The notes: generated by a model not told the origin, from the sequence alone. A stretch of 64,000 nt of DNA from Isurus oxyrinchus (GCA_026770705.1 JANJGN010000017.1:682001-746000); one strand, 5' to 3'; positions 11,773 to 23,730 are shown, counted from the stretch's first letter. Translations and numbers: made by a program.

Positions 11773-12270
11773 CAGAGACATAAGATTGAGCAAAGTTATA
11801 TCAGAAGTGTCAATGGGAATAGTACTTGTATTTGTCTGGTGTCTTATCACATTAAAACACTTCCTGCAATTATTGAAAACAGAAAACATTATTGACTTGT
11901 CTTGAAACGCCATAGCTATTGTGTTTAGGTGAACACAACTTCATTTCAGTATCTGCAACATCCCACAAACATTAATAGGATGAACAGTTAACCTGCTTTA
12001 TTTCTGAATGTCTTAGCTAAGGAAAGAATAAATGTATGGATGGCAGAAGAATTTATCAAAAGGACAGCACATCCAATGTTCCAATAGTCCCTCTGTTCCT
12101 AAATTACAGCAGTGACTACTTCAAAAATATTAAGTTGTCTGTGGAGTACTTTCAGATCTTGAGGTCATGAAAGGCACTATATGAATGCAAACCAGTCTTG
12201 ACAATACAGCACTGGAAAGTTGACCTAGACTATGAGCTCAAATCCTGGTGTGCACTCACAATTTCTGATA

Positions 12271-12458
12271 CACATAAACATACAAATTAGGAGCAGGAGT
12301 AGGCCACTCAGCCCCTCGAGCCTGCTCTGCCATTCAATAAGATCTGATTGTAACCTCAACTGCACTTTCCTGCCTACCCCAATAACCCTTCACGCACCCT
12401 GTGTATCAAGAATCTATCTAGCTATTGCCTTAAAAAGATTCAAAGACTCTGCTTCCAC
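12271..12458 (-). mobile_element. CR1 3' tail fragment
   Basis: catacaaattaggagcaggagtaggccactcagcccctcgagcctg is the reverse complement of a CR1 3' terminus. Confidence 0.75.
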
Positions 12459-12984
12459 TAATCTAACAATTAAACCAAGCTGACACATGTTTAAGTTATA
12501 CAAACATTGTAAACAGCTGATTTGAATTCTTGCCTTTTTTCAGACTCACCTAAAACCTAAACCATATGATTTATGTCCTCTGAATTTTGGCAATAAGAAC
12601 AAGGAAAGAAGGATTTGCATTTACATGTACCGAACCCCTTATCAGGCATCCCAAAATCCAAAAGGGCCAGGAACTGGGTCCTGCACACGTCTATCACATC
12701 TGCGTCATGGTGTGCTGATCCTCTGCTCTTTGGGTCCAGCCATTTTTATTCCATGTTGGGAATAGCAGCACAGAAGCCAGCCTGGTCCACCCCTCATCAT
12801 CCATTCCCTGGACAGAGAAATCAGCCCAGCTTTAAGTTTTAATGAATTATTATCCTATCCCCTGCCCACCCCCACCCCCACCCCCAAAATCTGGAAAATC
12901 CACAAATTTGGCACAAGTCCAGTCCTGTGCTCCCCAGATAGGGGGTCCTGTACCTGTATCTAGCAATTTTGTGGCCCAATTAAA

Positions 12985-13100
12985 CCTTTTAAAGTACAGT
13001 CACTGCAGGAAATGTGGCAACCAATTTGTGCACAGTCCCAAAAACAGAAATGGGATAATGACCAGACATTGGCCAGGACACTAGGGAGGTTGCTTTGCTC
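12985..13100 (-). mobile_element. Deu-type SINE split by the Gypsy insertion (continues at 21623)
   Basis: ...ttggccaggacactagggagg...tgctc resumes as ttcttcaaaaaagtgccataggatcttt after the far LTR. Confidence 0.75.
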
Positions 13101-13339
13101 TGTTGACAGGTGAGTCGATTACAATATGCTGCAGATGCAGAGACCAATATGAAATGAAGCAGATGCTATTGATTTACAGACACAACAGAGCATTAACATG
13201 TTGCGCGCTTCTCCAACCAGAGCCCACTCTAGACTAACATTTACATGGTAGCCCGTGCTACACAGCTATTGGGTCATATAGTCACATGGTCAATCTGCTC
13301 ACAGTCTCTTAAAGGTGTATTACACCTCAGATTACCACA
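13101..13339 (-). repeat. 3' LTR, missing ~53 bp of its outer end
   Basis: Diverged direct repeat of 21370-21619, adjacent to the polypurine tract aaagggggaggga. Confidence 0.9.
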
Positions 13340-13701
13340 TCCCTCCCCCTTTATTTGAAAGTACATTTTACAATTAATTACCTATTTACATAAATGAACT
13401 ATTTACAAATTCAGGCTCTCGGGAGGCTTTTTCAGACCAGTCGACCATCGTAGTTCTGTGACTTCCAATGGTTTATCTGAGGCCTCCCTCTCAGGAGTCA
13501 TCTGTCCACTAGGCCCCCCCCCACCAACCCCAGTAGGAACCTGCAGGTTTGCCTCTATGACTCCCTCAGGCTCAATGGGTCCTACAGGTACTTCCAAAGC
13601 AAGAGGTGCTCCTTCTACCTGTGGTGTAGACTTCAGCGGGAATGTTTGGTGTTGCTTTTCTTATCGATCTGTTTCCCGTTCCCTGAGGTGATCTAGATGT
13701 C

Positions 13702-16700
13702 TTTTTTTTTATTCATTTATGGGATGTGGGCTTCACTGGCTGGGCCAGCATTTATTGTCCATCCCTAACTGCCATTTGAGAAGGTGGGGATGAGCTGCTT
13801 TCTTGAACAACTGCAGTTCATGTGGTGTAGGTACATCCACAGTGCTGTTAAGAAGATAGTTTCAAGGTTTTGACCCAGCAACAGTGAAGGAACGGTGATA
13901 TATTTCCATGTCAGGATGGTATGTGTCTTGGAGGGGAACTTCCAGGTGGCAGTGTTCCCATGTATCTGCTGCCCTTGTCCTTCTAGATGGTAGTGTTCAT
14001 GTGTTTGGAAAGTGCTGTCGAAGGAACATTGGTGAATTCCTGTAGCGCATCTTGTAGATGGTACACACTACTGCTGTGCGTCGGTGATGGAGGGAGTGAA
14101 TGTTTGTGGACGTGGGTGTGGTGTCAATCAAGCGGGCTGCTTTGTCCTGGACAGTGTCCAGCTTCTGAATGTTGTGGGAGCTGCACTCGTCCAGGCAAGT
14201 GGAGTGTATTTCATCACACTCCTGATGTGCCTTGTAGATGGTGGATAGGCTTTGGGGAGTCAGAATGTGGGTTACTCGTCGCACTATCCCTAGCCTCTGA
14301 CCTGTTCTTGTAGCCATGGTATTCATATGGCTACTCCAGCTCAGTTTCTTGTCAATGGTAACCCCCAGGATATTGATAAAGGAGGATTCAGTGATGGTAA
14401 TGCCAATGAACATCAAGAGGTGATTGTTAGATTTTCTCTTGTTGGAGATGGTCATTCCCTGACACTTGTGTGGCGTGAATGTTACTTGCCACTTGTCAGC
14501 CCAAACCTGGATATTGTCCAGGTCTTGCTGCATTTGGATATGGACTGCTTCAATATCTGTGGAGTTGCGAATGGGGCTGAACATCGTGCAATCATCAGCG
14601 AACATCCCCACTTCTGACTTTATGATGGAAGGAAGGTCATTGATGAAGCAGCTGAAGATGGTTGGGCCGAGAACACTACCCTGAGGAACTCCTGCAGTGA
14701 TGTCCTGGAGCTGAGATGATTGACCTCCAACAACCACAACCATCTTACTTTGTGCTAGGTATGACTCCAACCAGCAGAGAATTTTCCCCGTGATTTTGAA
14801 AGACTCCAGTTTTGCTAGGGCTCCTTGATGCCACATTCGGTCAAATGCTGCTTTGATGTCAAGGTCAGTCACTCTCACCTCACCTCTGGCATTCAGCTCT
14901 TTTGTCCATGTTTGAACCAAGGCTGTAATGAGGTCAGGAGCTGAGTGGCCCTGGCGGAACCTAAACTGGATGTCAATGAGCAGTTTACTGCTAAGCAAGT
15001 GCTGCTTGATAGCACTGCTGATGATCCCTTCCATTACTTTACTAATGATGGAGAGTAGACTGATGGGACAGTAGTTGACCGGGTTGGATTTGTCCTGCTT
15101 TTTGTGTACAGGACATACCTGGGCAGTTTTCCACATAGCCAGGTAGATGCCAGTGTTGTAGCTGTACTGGAACAGCTTGGTTAGGGGTGCGGCAAGATCT
15201 GGAGCACAAGTTTTCAGTTCTATTGCCTGAATATTGTCAGGGCCCATAGCCTTTGCAGTATCCAGTGCCTTCAGCTGTTTCTTGATATCACGTGGAGTGA
15301 ATCGAATTGGCTGAAAACTGGCATCTGTGATGCTGGGGACCTCTGGAGGAGGCCGAAATGGATCATCCACTTGGCATTTCTGGCTGAAGATTGTTGCAAA
15401 TGCTTCAGCCTTATCTTCTGCACTGATGTGCTGGGCTGCTCCATCATTGAGGATGGGAATGTTTGTGGACCTCCTCCTCTAGTGAGATGTTTAATTGTCC
15501 ACCACCATTCACGACTGGATGTGGCAGGACTGCAGAGCTTAGATCTGATCTGTTGTGGGATCGCTTAGCTCTGTCTATCACTTTTTGCTAATGCAAGTAG
15601 TCCTGTGTTATAGCTTCACTAGGTTGACACCTCATTTTTAGGTATGCCTGGTGCTGCTCCTGGCATGCCCTCCTGCACTCTTCATTGAACCAGCGTTGAT
15701 CCTCTGGCTTAATGGTAATTGTAGAGTGAGGGATATGCCGGACGATGAGATTACAGATTGTGCTTGAGTACAATTCTGCTGCTGCTGATGGCCCACAGCG
15801 TCTCATGGATTCCCAGTCTTGAGTTGGTAGATCTGTTCGAAATCTATCCCATTTAGCACGGTGGTAGTGACACACAACACGATGGAGGGTATCCTCAATG
15901 TGAAGGCGGGATTTCGTCTCCACAATAACTGTGCAGTGGTCACTCCTACCGATACAGTCATGGACAGATGCATCTGCGGCAGGCAGGTTGGTGATGATGA
16001 GGTCAAGTATGTTTTTCCCTCTTGTTGGTTCCCTCACCACATGCCGCAGACCTAGTAGCTATGTTCTTTAGCAATTGGCCAGCTCGGTCAGTAGTGGTGC
16101 TACCAAGCCACTCTTGGTGATGGACATTGAAGTCCCCCACCCAGAGTACACTCTGCACCTTTGCCACCCTCAGTGCTTCCTCCAAGTGGTGTTCAATATG
16201 AAGGAATATTGATTCATCAACCGATGGAGGGCGGTACATGGTAATCAGCAGGAGGTTTCCTTGCCCATGTTTGACTTGATGTCATGAGGCTTCATGGGGT
16301 CAGGAGTCGACGTTGAGGGCTCCCAGGGAAACACCTTCCCGACTGTATACCACTGTGCCTCCCCTTCTGCTGGGTCTGTCCTGTCGGTGGGACAGGAGAT
16401 ACCCAGGGATGGTGATGGTGGAGTCTGGGACATTATCTGTAAGGTATGATTCCGTGAGGATGACTATGTCAGGCTGTTGCTTGACTAGTCTGTGAGACAG
16501 CTCTCCCAATTTTGGCACTAGCCCCCAGATGTTAGTAAGGAGGACTTTGCAGGGTTAACAGGACTGAGATTGTCGTTGTCGTTTCCGGTGCCTAGGGCGA
16601 TGCCGGGTGGTCCGTCCGGTTTCATTCCTTTTTTGTGACTTTGTAACGGTTTGTTATAACTGAGTGTCTGGCTCGGACATTTCAGAGTCAACCACGTTGC

Positions 16701-16911
16701 TGTGGGTCTGGAGTCACATGTAGACCAGACCAGATAAGGATGGCAGATTTCCTTCCCTAAAGAACATTAGTGAACTAGATGGATTTTTACAACAATCAAC
16801 AATGGTTTCATGATCATTAGGCTTTTAATTCCAGATTTTTATTGTATTCAAATTCCACCATCTGCCATGGCAGGATTCAAATCCAGAGCATTACCCTGGG
16901 TCTGAATTACT
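13702..16911 (-). mobile_element. Near full-length single-ORF non-LTR retrotransposon (CR1/Jockey group, Zenon-like) with tRNA-SINE-derived 5' end
   Basis: APE motifs DIVILTESYL, WVGDFNVHH, NILDLIIT, SDHC. RT motifs DIKAAFDRMWH, GVPQGSVLGP, GMFADD. Poly(A) tail at 13702-13710. 16677-16911 aligns to the SINE at 21714-21949. Confidence 0.93.
13997..16680 (-). pseudogene. APE endonuclease-reverse transcriptase ORF (several frameshifts and stops; 457-aa open RT segment at 13997-15370)
   Basis: ORF-track fragments 16300-16518, 16003-16239, 15588-16040 and 13997-15370 tile the APE and RT domains. Confidence 0.92.
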
Positions 16912-17328
16912 CGTCTCCTGGTTATTTGTATATTCAGTCAATATGTGGTAGGACAGGGGTCCTGTCACTGCATTAACTTCACCTGAGATCCATTTCAGCC
17001 CAACTCCAAAGTTCTTTGCAAAAACTGCTTCTCCTACAGTGAAGTTTCTTTCATGACTGTGGTAATTGTGTTCATTTTTCTGGACCTCTTGACTTCTCTG
17101 TACCCTCCCCGCTAAATTTGGCCTTATGAGGCTTAACCATGTCCTGAGACGTCTCTTCATTAATAACTCTGCAAGGCAATAGCGGTGATTGTATGTGGCG
17201 TAGTCCTATAGCTGAGCAGGAAACGTGATAATTTAGTTTCGGCCTTGAAGGTCTGAACTGCCCTCTCAGCCAATCCATTGGATGCAGGGTGGTATGATGA
17301 GGTCTTGACATGTGTTATGCCATTGAGA

Positions 17329-17937
17329 GGGAAGCAATGGCATCTACAAGGCACAAGTCAGGAGTGTGATGGAATACTCCCCACTTGCCTGGATGAGTGC
17401 ACTTCCCACAATACTCAAGAAGCTTGACACCACCCAGGACAAAGCAGCCTGCTTGATTGGCACCATTCACTCCCTCCACCACCAACGCACAGTAGCAGAA
17501 GTGTGTACCATCTACAAGATGCACTGCAGGACTTCACCAAGGCTCCTTCAAGGTGGTGGTGTTGCCATCTATCTGCTGCCCTTGTCTCCTAGATGGTAGT
17601 GATCATGGGTTTGGAAGGTGCTGACTTCCAAACGCATGACTGCTACCATCTGGACAGACAGGGGCAGTAGATAGATGGCAACACCACCACCTGTAAGTTC
17701 CCCTCCAAGTCACTCACCATCCTGACTTAGAAATATATCGCCATTATTCACTGTCGCAGGGTCAAAATCCTGGAATTTCTCCACCCCCCCTCCAACAGCA
17801 CTGGGTGTACCTCCACCACATGGACTGCAGCGATTCAAGAAGGCAGCTCACCACCACCTTCTCAAGGCCAATAGGGATGGACAATAAATGCTGGCCCAGC
17901 CAGCGAAGCCCACATCCTGTGGATGAATAAAAAAAAG
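17329..17937 (+). mobile_element. Truncated, rearranged copy of the same Zenon-like LINE inserted in the Gypsy integrase
   Basis: Interrupts EFQRFTSL|NGITHVK. gaga duplicated at 17325-17328 and 17938-17941. Poly(A) tail and internal inversion. Confidence 0.9.
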
Positions 17938-20900
17938 GAGACTTGTAAATCTTTGGAACTCCCCGCTGGTGAACGCCATTCCATTATCAGACACTATTAT
18001 CTCTGGTAAACTGTGTATCACAAAACTCTGACACAATCTGTCTATGGTACTGACAGATGTGGATGATCTCACCTCGTGTACATCCATCCATTTGGAATGA
18101 GCGTCGATAAGTAAGAGGAACATTGTGCCCATAAAAGGCCCCACGTAGTCAATGTGGAGGTGCACCCATGACCTTCTGGGCCATTCCCAGGGATGCAGTG
18201 GAGCAGAGGGAGGCAATTTCTGCTCCTGTTGGCACTGCCTGCTGCTCTTGACCATGTTTTTGATCTTGGTGCCCATACCTGGCCACCATAAGTAGCTATG
18301 TGCCAACATTTTCATTCTAGAAATGCCAGTGCGATGGATGCAATGCTGGCAATAATGGTTGCCTTCCTCTGGGAAGCACAGTGACTCTTGCTTCCCACAG
18401 TAAGATGCCATCCTGGCAGCTGAGCTCGTATCTCCTGCCAAAATAGGGCTTCATTTCATCCAACTTTGGCTAGTTAGCCCATCCCTGCAAGACTTGTTCC
18501 CTGACGTGAGACAAAACTGGATCACAATTGGTTTATTCTCTGATCTATTTGGCATTCATTTGTGATGAGCCCAGAAAGTTTAATAGAAAGTCAAATGGGG
18601 ATGTTCACATTGCTGTGACTTTTGGAGGTAATCAGCTCAGTGAGTCGGCATTTGCAACCTGGCTTCCCGGCCGGTGAATAAAAATCTATTTGGAAGCAGC
18701 TAGAATCAGTGCCCACCTTTGGATGTGCGCAGAGGCAATTGGGGGTATTGCCTTATCTTCACCAAACAAGCCTGGAAGTGATCAGATACGATGGTGAAGT
18801 GGCGACCATGGATGTGTTGGTGGAATTTCTTAATGCCAAATACATTGGATAAACCCTTTTTCTCTATTTGTGAATATCTTCGTTCTGCCGCACTGAGTGT
18901 TCTTCAAACATAGCCAATGGGCAGTTCAGAGCCATCCACCATCCGGTGGGAGAGTACTGCCCCTACTCTTTAAGGGGATCCATCAGAGGTTAAAATCAAT
19001 TCTTTCTTTGGGCCAATATGTATCAACAGGGCTGATGAATGTAGCAATTGCTTTACTGCCGTAAAAGCCTGTTGTTGTGAAGGTTGCCAAGTCCATCTGT
19101 GGTTTTTCTTGAGTAACCCATATAATGGAGACAGTACTATCGACAAATTTGGGAGAAAACGACCATTGTCGTTAACCATTCCCAAGAAGGTCTTGAGTTC
19201 TGTGGCATTTTTTGGAGCTGGTACTTCACAAATACCTTGTCTTCTATTGGGTAAACGCCCTGTGAGTCAACCCTATGACTTAGGTAAATCGCTTCTCTTG
19301 CTTGGAAGGTACATTTTTCACTTTTCAAGTGTACTCCTTGTGAGAAACGCTTCAATACCTCTTCCAAGTTAGCCAGGTGTTCTTCATCAGTTAATCTTGT
19401 TACTAGGACATCATCGAGACAAACCATCACATGGGGTAGACCTTGATATAAATTTTCCATAGTCCACTGGAAAATGGCAGAAACCGATAAGACTCCAAAG
19501 GGTAACCTAGTATACTGGTATAACCCCCTATGTGTGTTGATAGTCACAAAATCCGAGAGGCCTTTTCTAGATCGACTTGTTGGTAAGCGTGACTCATGTC
19601 GAGCTTTGTATATGCGGTTCCCCCTGCCAGCTTGGATTACAGTTCATCAATTTTTGGTATAGGATGCCTATTAAGTCTCACCACTTTGTTAATGATCAAC
19701 TTGTAGTCCCCACATATTCGCAGCCTCTGGTCAGGCTTTAGTGCTGGAACTATGGGCGCTGCCCATTGGAAAATTGTACAAGTTGTAAGACTCACAACCT
19801 TCCCAGCCTGTCCAATTCAACACCAGCCTTTTCTGATAATGTATAAGGGACTGGCCCCGCCTTCAAATATCTGGGGGTTGCTCCAGGATCCACGTGGATT
19901 TTAGCTTCCAGTCCCTGAATCTTCCCGAGCTCTTCCCTGAAAATGGAGGCATATTTCTGTAATAATTCTTGCAGATCTTTCATTCTGAGTTGAAAACTCT
20001 CAGTCCACTCCAACTTTATTTCCTTCAGCCAGTTCCGACCAAGTAGAGTTGGATCCTTCCCTGCTACTGCTATCAGGGCTAGATTAGCAGACTGGCTTCA
20101 TATTGTACTGGAACATTGCATATACCCTTTACTCATATGTCTTTGCCCGTATATGTCTTTAATCTAGCGTCTGAGGTTTCCAGCTTTAGTGAGTGGCCTT
20201 CTCCATTTCGATACTTAAATGAGTGTTTCCTCTGGGACTGTCATGGATGTGCCTGTATTCACCTCCGTTCGAATGGGTTTTCTGTTGACTTCCAATATCA
20301 CATAGATAGGCTATTTTTGATCCATTTTTAAGTTGTGTAGCGAGTAAATATCTGACTCTGTTTCTTCTGGTTCCTCCACAATATAAATTTCATAGCCTTT
20401 GTGTCTGAAATTTTGTCTTAATCTGTCTTTACAATATCGTATAATGTGCCCATTGCAATGGCAGTAGAAACACTCGATTCTTTTAAATTGTCGTTTAATT
20501 GCAGACTGTCTGTGGCTCCATTTCTGCTGTTAATACCATGGGTTTTCTCTATTAAACCATTGCTTTTTGCTGGTCTGTTAATGGGGACTGTTCCCCGCCT
20601 TTCCACGGAGCCCTGCACTTCCACCCCATTTCTAGCCTGTGCCTCCCTCCCAATGTGAAGGACGGCACCATTTTGTGTCCCCTTGATTGCTCCTGAATCC
20701 CTGACTGCGTCTCCATTGCAAGCGCCAGCTCCAGCCCCTTGCTGAAGTCTAAACTTGTTTCTGACAACAACCTTTTCTGAATGGCATATTCGTTAATCCC
20801 ATAAACTAATCGGCATCTTAACATGTTGTTAATCGATGTCCCAAACTCTCAGTGCTCTATTGGTTGTGTTAAGGCTGCTACATAGCAAGCGACTGTCTGT

Positions 20901-21316
20901 CCAGGGGTGCGACATTAAATTTAAAACGCTGAGTTGTTACCGAGGGGTTTGACTGAAAATGGCTTTTCACAAGATTCACCAACTCATCCAAACTCTTGGA
21001 ATCTGGGGCATTGGGAGCCGTTAACCTACGAATTAGGCCGTATGTTTTACTGCCACATGTCGATAAGAAGATTGCTCGCCTCTTCTCCTCCCCAAAAAGA
21101 AAAACACGAAGAATTCCATATAATGTGATCAGTCATCTTTGGTCTGATCAAATGGTTCGATGTGGCCAAATTGTGACATACTGGAGGGAGATAACTTCGA
21201 CGACTACGGTGAGGGCTGTACTTGCAATTGGCCTGCAAGGCGGTTGATTCACTTCAGTTGAGTTTTTGCGGCTTTCCTTGGTATTGTCGGCTGGTCATGT
21301 TTGCCTTGTCGCCAGC

Positions 21317-21619
21317 TGTTATGTTCTATTGCGGGGTGGCTCTGCTCATGTCCTAGTTGCACACTTATCTGTTGGTGGGTGAATCGATAATAATGTACTG
21401 CAGATGCAGAGACCAATATGAAACCAATGAGACCAATATAAATAGCTATTTATTTACACAGACAACAGGGCACTAACATGATGTGTGCTTCTCCAACTAG
21501 ACCCTACTCCAGACTAACATTAACATTGTAGCCCACGCTACACAGCTATTGGGTTGTACAGTCGTGTGGTCAATCTGCTCACATTCTCTTAAAGATATAT
21601 GGCACCTCAGATTACCACA
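21317..21619 (-). repeat. 5' LTR (TG...CA)
   Basis: Starts tgtggtaatc on the minus strand and ends aacataaca, 2 nt before the PBS. Confidence 0.9.
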
Positions 21620-21681
21620 AGATTCTTCAAAAAAGTGCCATAGGATCTTTCATTCTTAACTGAGCGCAGTTTAGGGGGGTG

Positions 21682-22025
21682 GGGAGGCGGTGGCACACTG
21701 GTATTGCCACTGGCTAGTATTCCAGAAACCCGCAGTAATGCTCTGGGGACTTGGGTTCAAATGATGAAATTTGAATTCAATAAAAAGTTGGAATTAAAAG
21801 TTTGATGCTGACCATGAAACCATTGCCAATTGTTGTAAAAACCCATCTGGTTCACTAATGTCCTTTAGGGAAGGAAATCTTCCGTCCTTACCTGGTCTGG
21901 TCTATATGTGACTTCAGACCCACAGCAATGTGGTTGACTCTTAAATGCCCTTTGGACAAGGACAATGGGCAATAAATGCTGGTCTAGCCAGTGATGCCCA
22001 CATCCCATGAATTAATTTTTAAAAA
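21682..22025 (+). mobile_element. tRNA-derived SINE sharing 5' body and 3' tail with the Zenon-like LINE
   Basis: Box A-like tggcacactgg at 21691-21701, anticodon-arm-like ctgg-ctagtat-tccag, box B ggttcaaat at 21754-21762, tail gggcaataaatgctggtctagccagtgatgcccacatcccatgaa. Confidence 0.9.
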
Positions 22026-23119
22026 GACAGGAGTTTTATGTCTCATGCAAAAGACATTCTGTATTCAGTTTCCTGAATATTAACAAGACATTTAAAAAAA
22101 CTTGGGTCCATTTACAAAAGAAATAAAATATATATTTTATCTCCTGGTGGATCATTGCTGGCAGCTCTATGTTACAGGGTCTGAGACTGTACTGAATAAT
22201 GATAAAAAGGCTTGGTTTCTAACCAATAATAAACCACTCAATTTGAGAAAATGTTGTTTCTAATGAGTTGCCTGTCACTATGTTCCAAACATCTATCTTT
22301 GTGTAATATAGTGCAATAGCTTTTCAGTATACCTTGTTAAGAGTAATTTATACTATCTTGAAGAAGGAAGCAGTAGATTAGGCTTTATATTAAGAATTAT
22401 TAAGTGTCAATCATAGCATATGAATCCTTTCAATGCCACTTTTGTCACTTTTTCCATTTCACCAATTATCCCTGCTATTTTCTCTCTTCCTTTGTTGAAA
22501 TCACTTCTCTTCTCATTCCCAAAAGTGCTCAAGTAAAACTTAGACCCCATGGAATGTGAAATGTTATGGGGCCTCGTTGAGCTATTTAATCTAAAGAACA
22601 ATCATAGGGAGGACTTCTACTATGATAAAAAAAAATAAGTGTAATTCCTCCAAGCTCATAATAGAGTGAAACATATGAATATCGATCCGTCACCAGACAT
22701 CCACAATTTTATTACTAGTTGATTGCTTTCCACAGGTCATCTTCCACTGTCACCAGCAGCACTGGATCCACAGGCTGAGTATATCATAGGTGACATCAGA
22801 TATTTCGTTTCTGACAATCATTAATATTAGTCAGTCAATTCTTCTGAGTCTCAATTAAAAGCTTCATAACAAAATGGACAAAGAGTGTAGGCTGATGGAG
22901 TTAATGAAGAAGGTCAGCAGCAGGAGTTGTGATGCCACCATTCTGGATTCAGAGCCAAAAGCAGGTTAACCTATTCTGGGCAGGAAAGGTAAGTACAGTG
23001 GCACATTCAACTACATCCTGAAGTGTGCATCATGCCAGTCCCCTCATTCAGCCTTGTCAAGCCTACTCTGACATATCACCCTACTACTCTGGGTGCCCCC
23101 AACATTCACTGCCGAATGC

Positions 23120-23730
23120 TGAAGAGAGACATACTGCCAAATCTTTTCATCTTGTACTCATCAGGACAAACGGATGAATGTCAAATTTCAAACAATCACA
23201 ACAATCTATACCAGAGGAGAAAAGGATGTTGATTTGTTGGCAAGTCAATTCTGATTGGCCAAGGTGTTGCCATTGAGAAAGCAATGGAGAATAATAGGCT
23301 CCCCAGCTCCTGGGTATTCAAATAAGGCACTAGGTTCAAAATATTCCTTTTGTTTGCAGAGAATAGGCCTCCATTTATGAATGTGTGTTGTTTCTAGAAA
23401 ATAAATCAGCCACATTCTGAGCTTGACTGATTATCTTAAATTAGTTGATAGTGTAGCTATTAGTGCACTCAGGATTGTTCAGTAAATGCTGCCCAAAAGT
23501 GGAATCACATCTAACTGTAGACATTTTATTTTGGGTTTTGCAAGTACAGGCTGGTTGAGTACAGTCTGTATTCTGTCTGATTCAATCACTTGACCATTGG
23601 GGCATTCGGCCTATGCAGCTGGCATAGCACTGGTGCTGAAATTCATACACAATGTTGCTCAATTGTGTGATAGACAGAATGTGTTTTTGGATGGTCAGTA
23701 GCTTCCTGATAGTGTACATAAAGGATAATT
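23120..23730 (-). mobile_element. Penelope-like element family 2: GIY-YIG endonuclease relic and 3' hammerhead
   Basis: Minus strand encodes SNIVYEFQHQCYASCIGRM (VYxF...YIG type). Motif ttgtc CTGATGA gtacaagat GAAA agattt ggcag at 23134-23169. Confidence 0.75.

Larger units (their letters stand above)
13101..21619 (-). mobile_element. Ty3/Gypsy (Mag-type) LTR retrotransposon, decayed, with two nested LINEs
   Basis: Two LTRs. PBS TGGCGACAAGG at 21304-21314 (tRNA-Ser type). PPT at 13340-13353. gag zinc knuckle ECFYCHCNGHIIRYC. RT RLPFGV...VCLDDVLV. RNase H LTSDGSP. Integrase LHIDYVGP, IVSDNG, YHPASNGLAERAVQTFK. Confidence 0.95.

Noticed and set aside
13997-15370. 457-aa ORF as an active gene
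   Set aside because: It is the longest open stretch of a decayed LINE ORF with upstream stops and frameshifts and a frameshifted C-terminus.
21682-21765. Functional tRNA gene (also 11352, 42624, 46864, 63578)
   Set aside because: The cloverleafs are degenerate and continue into SINE bodies and tails.
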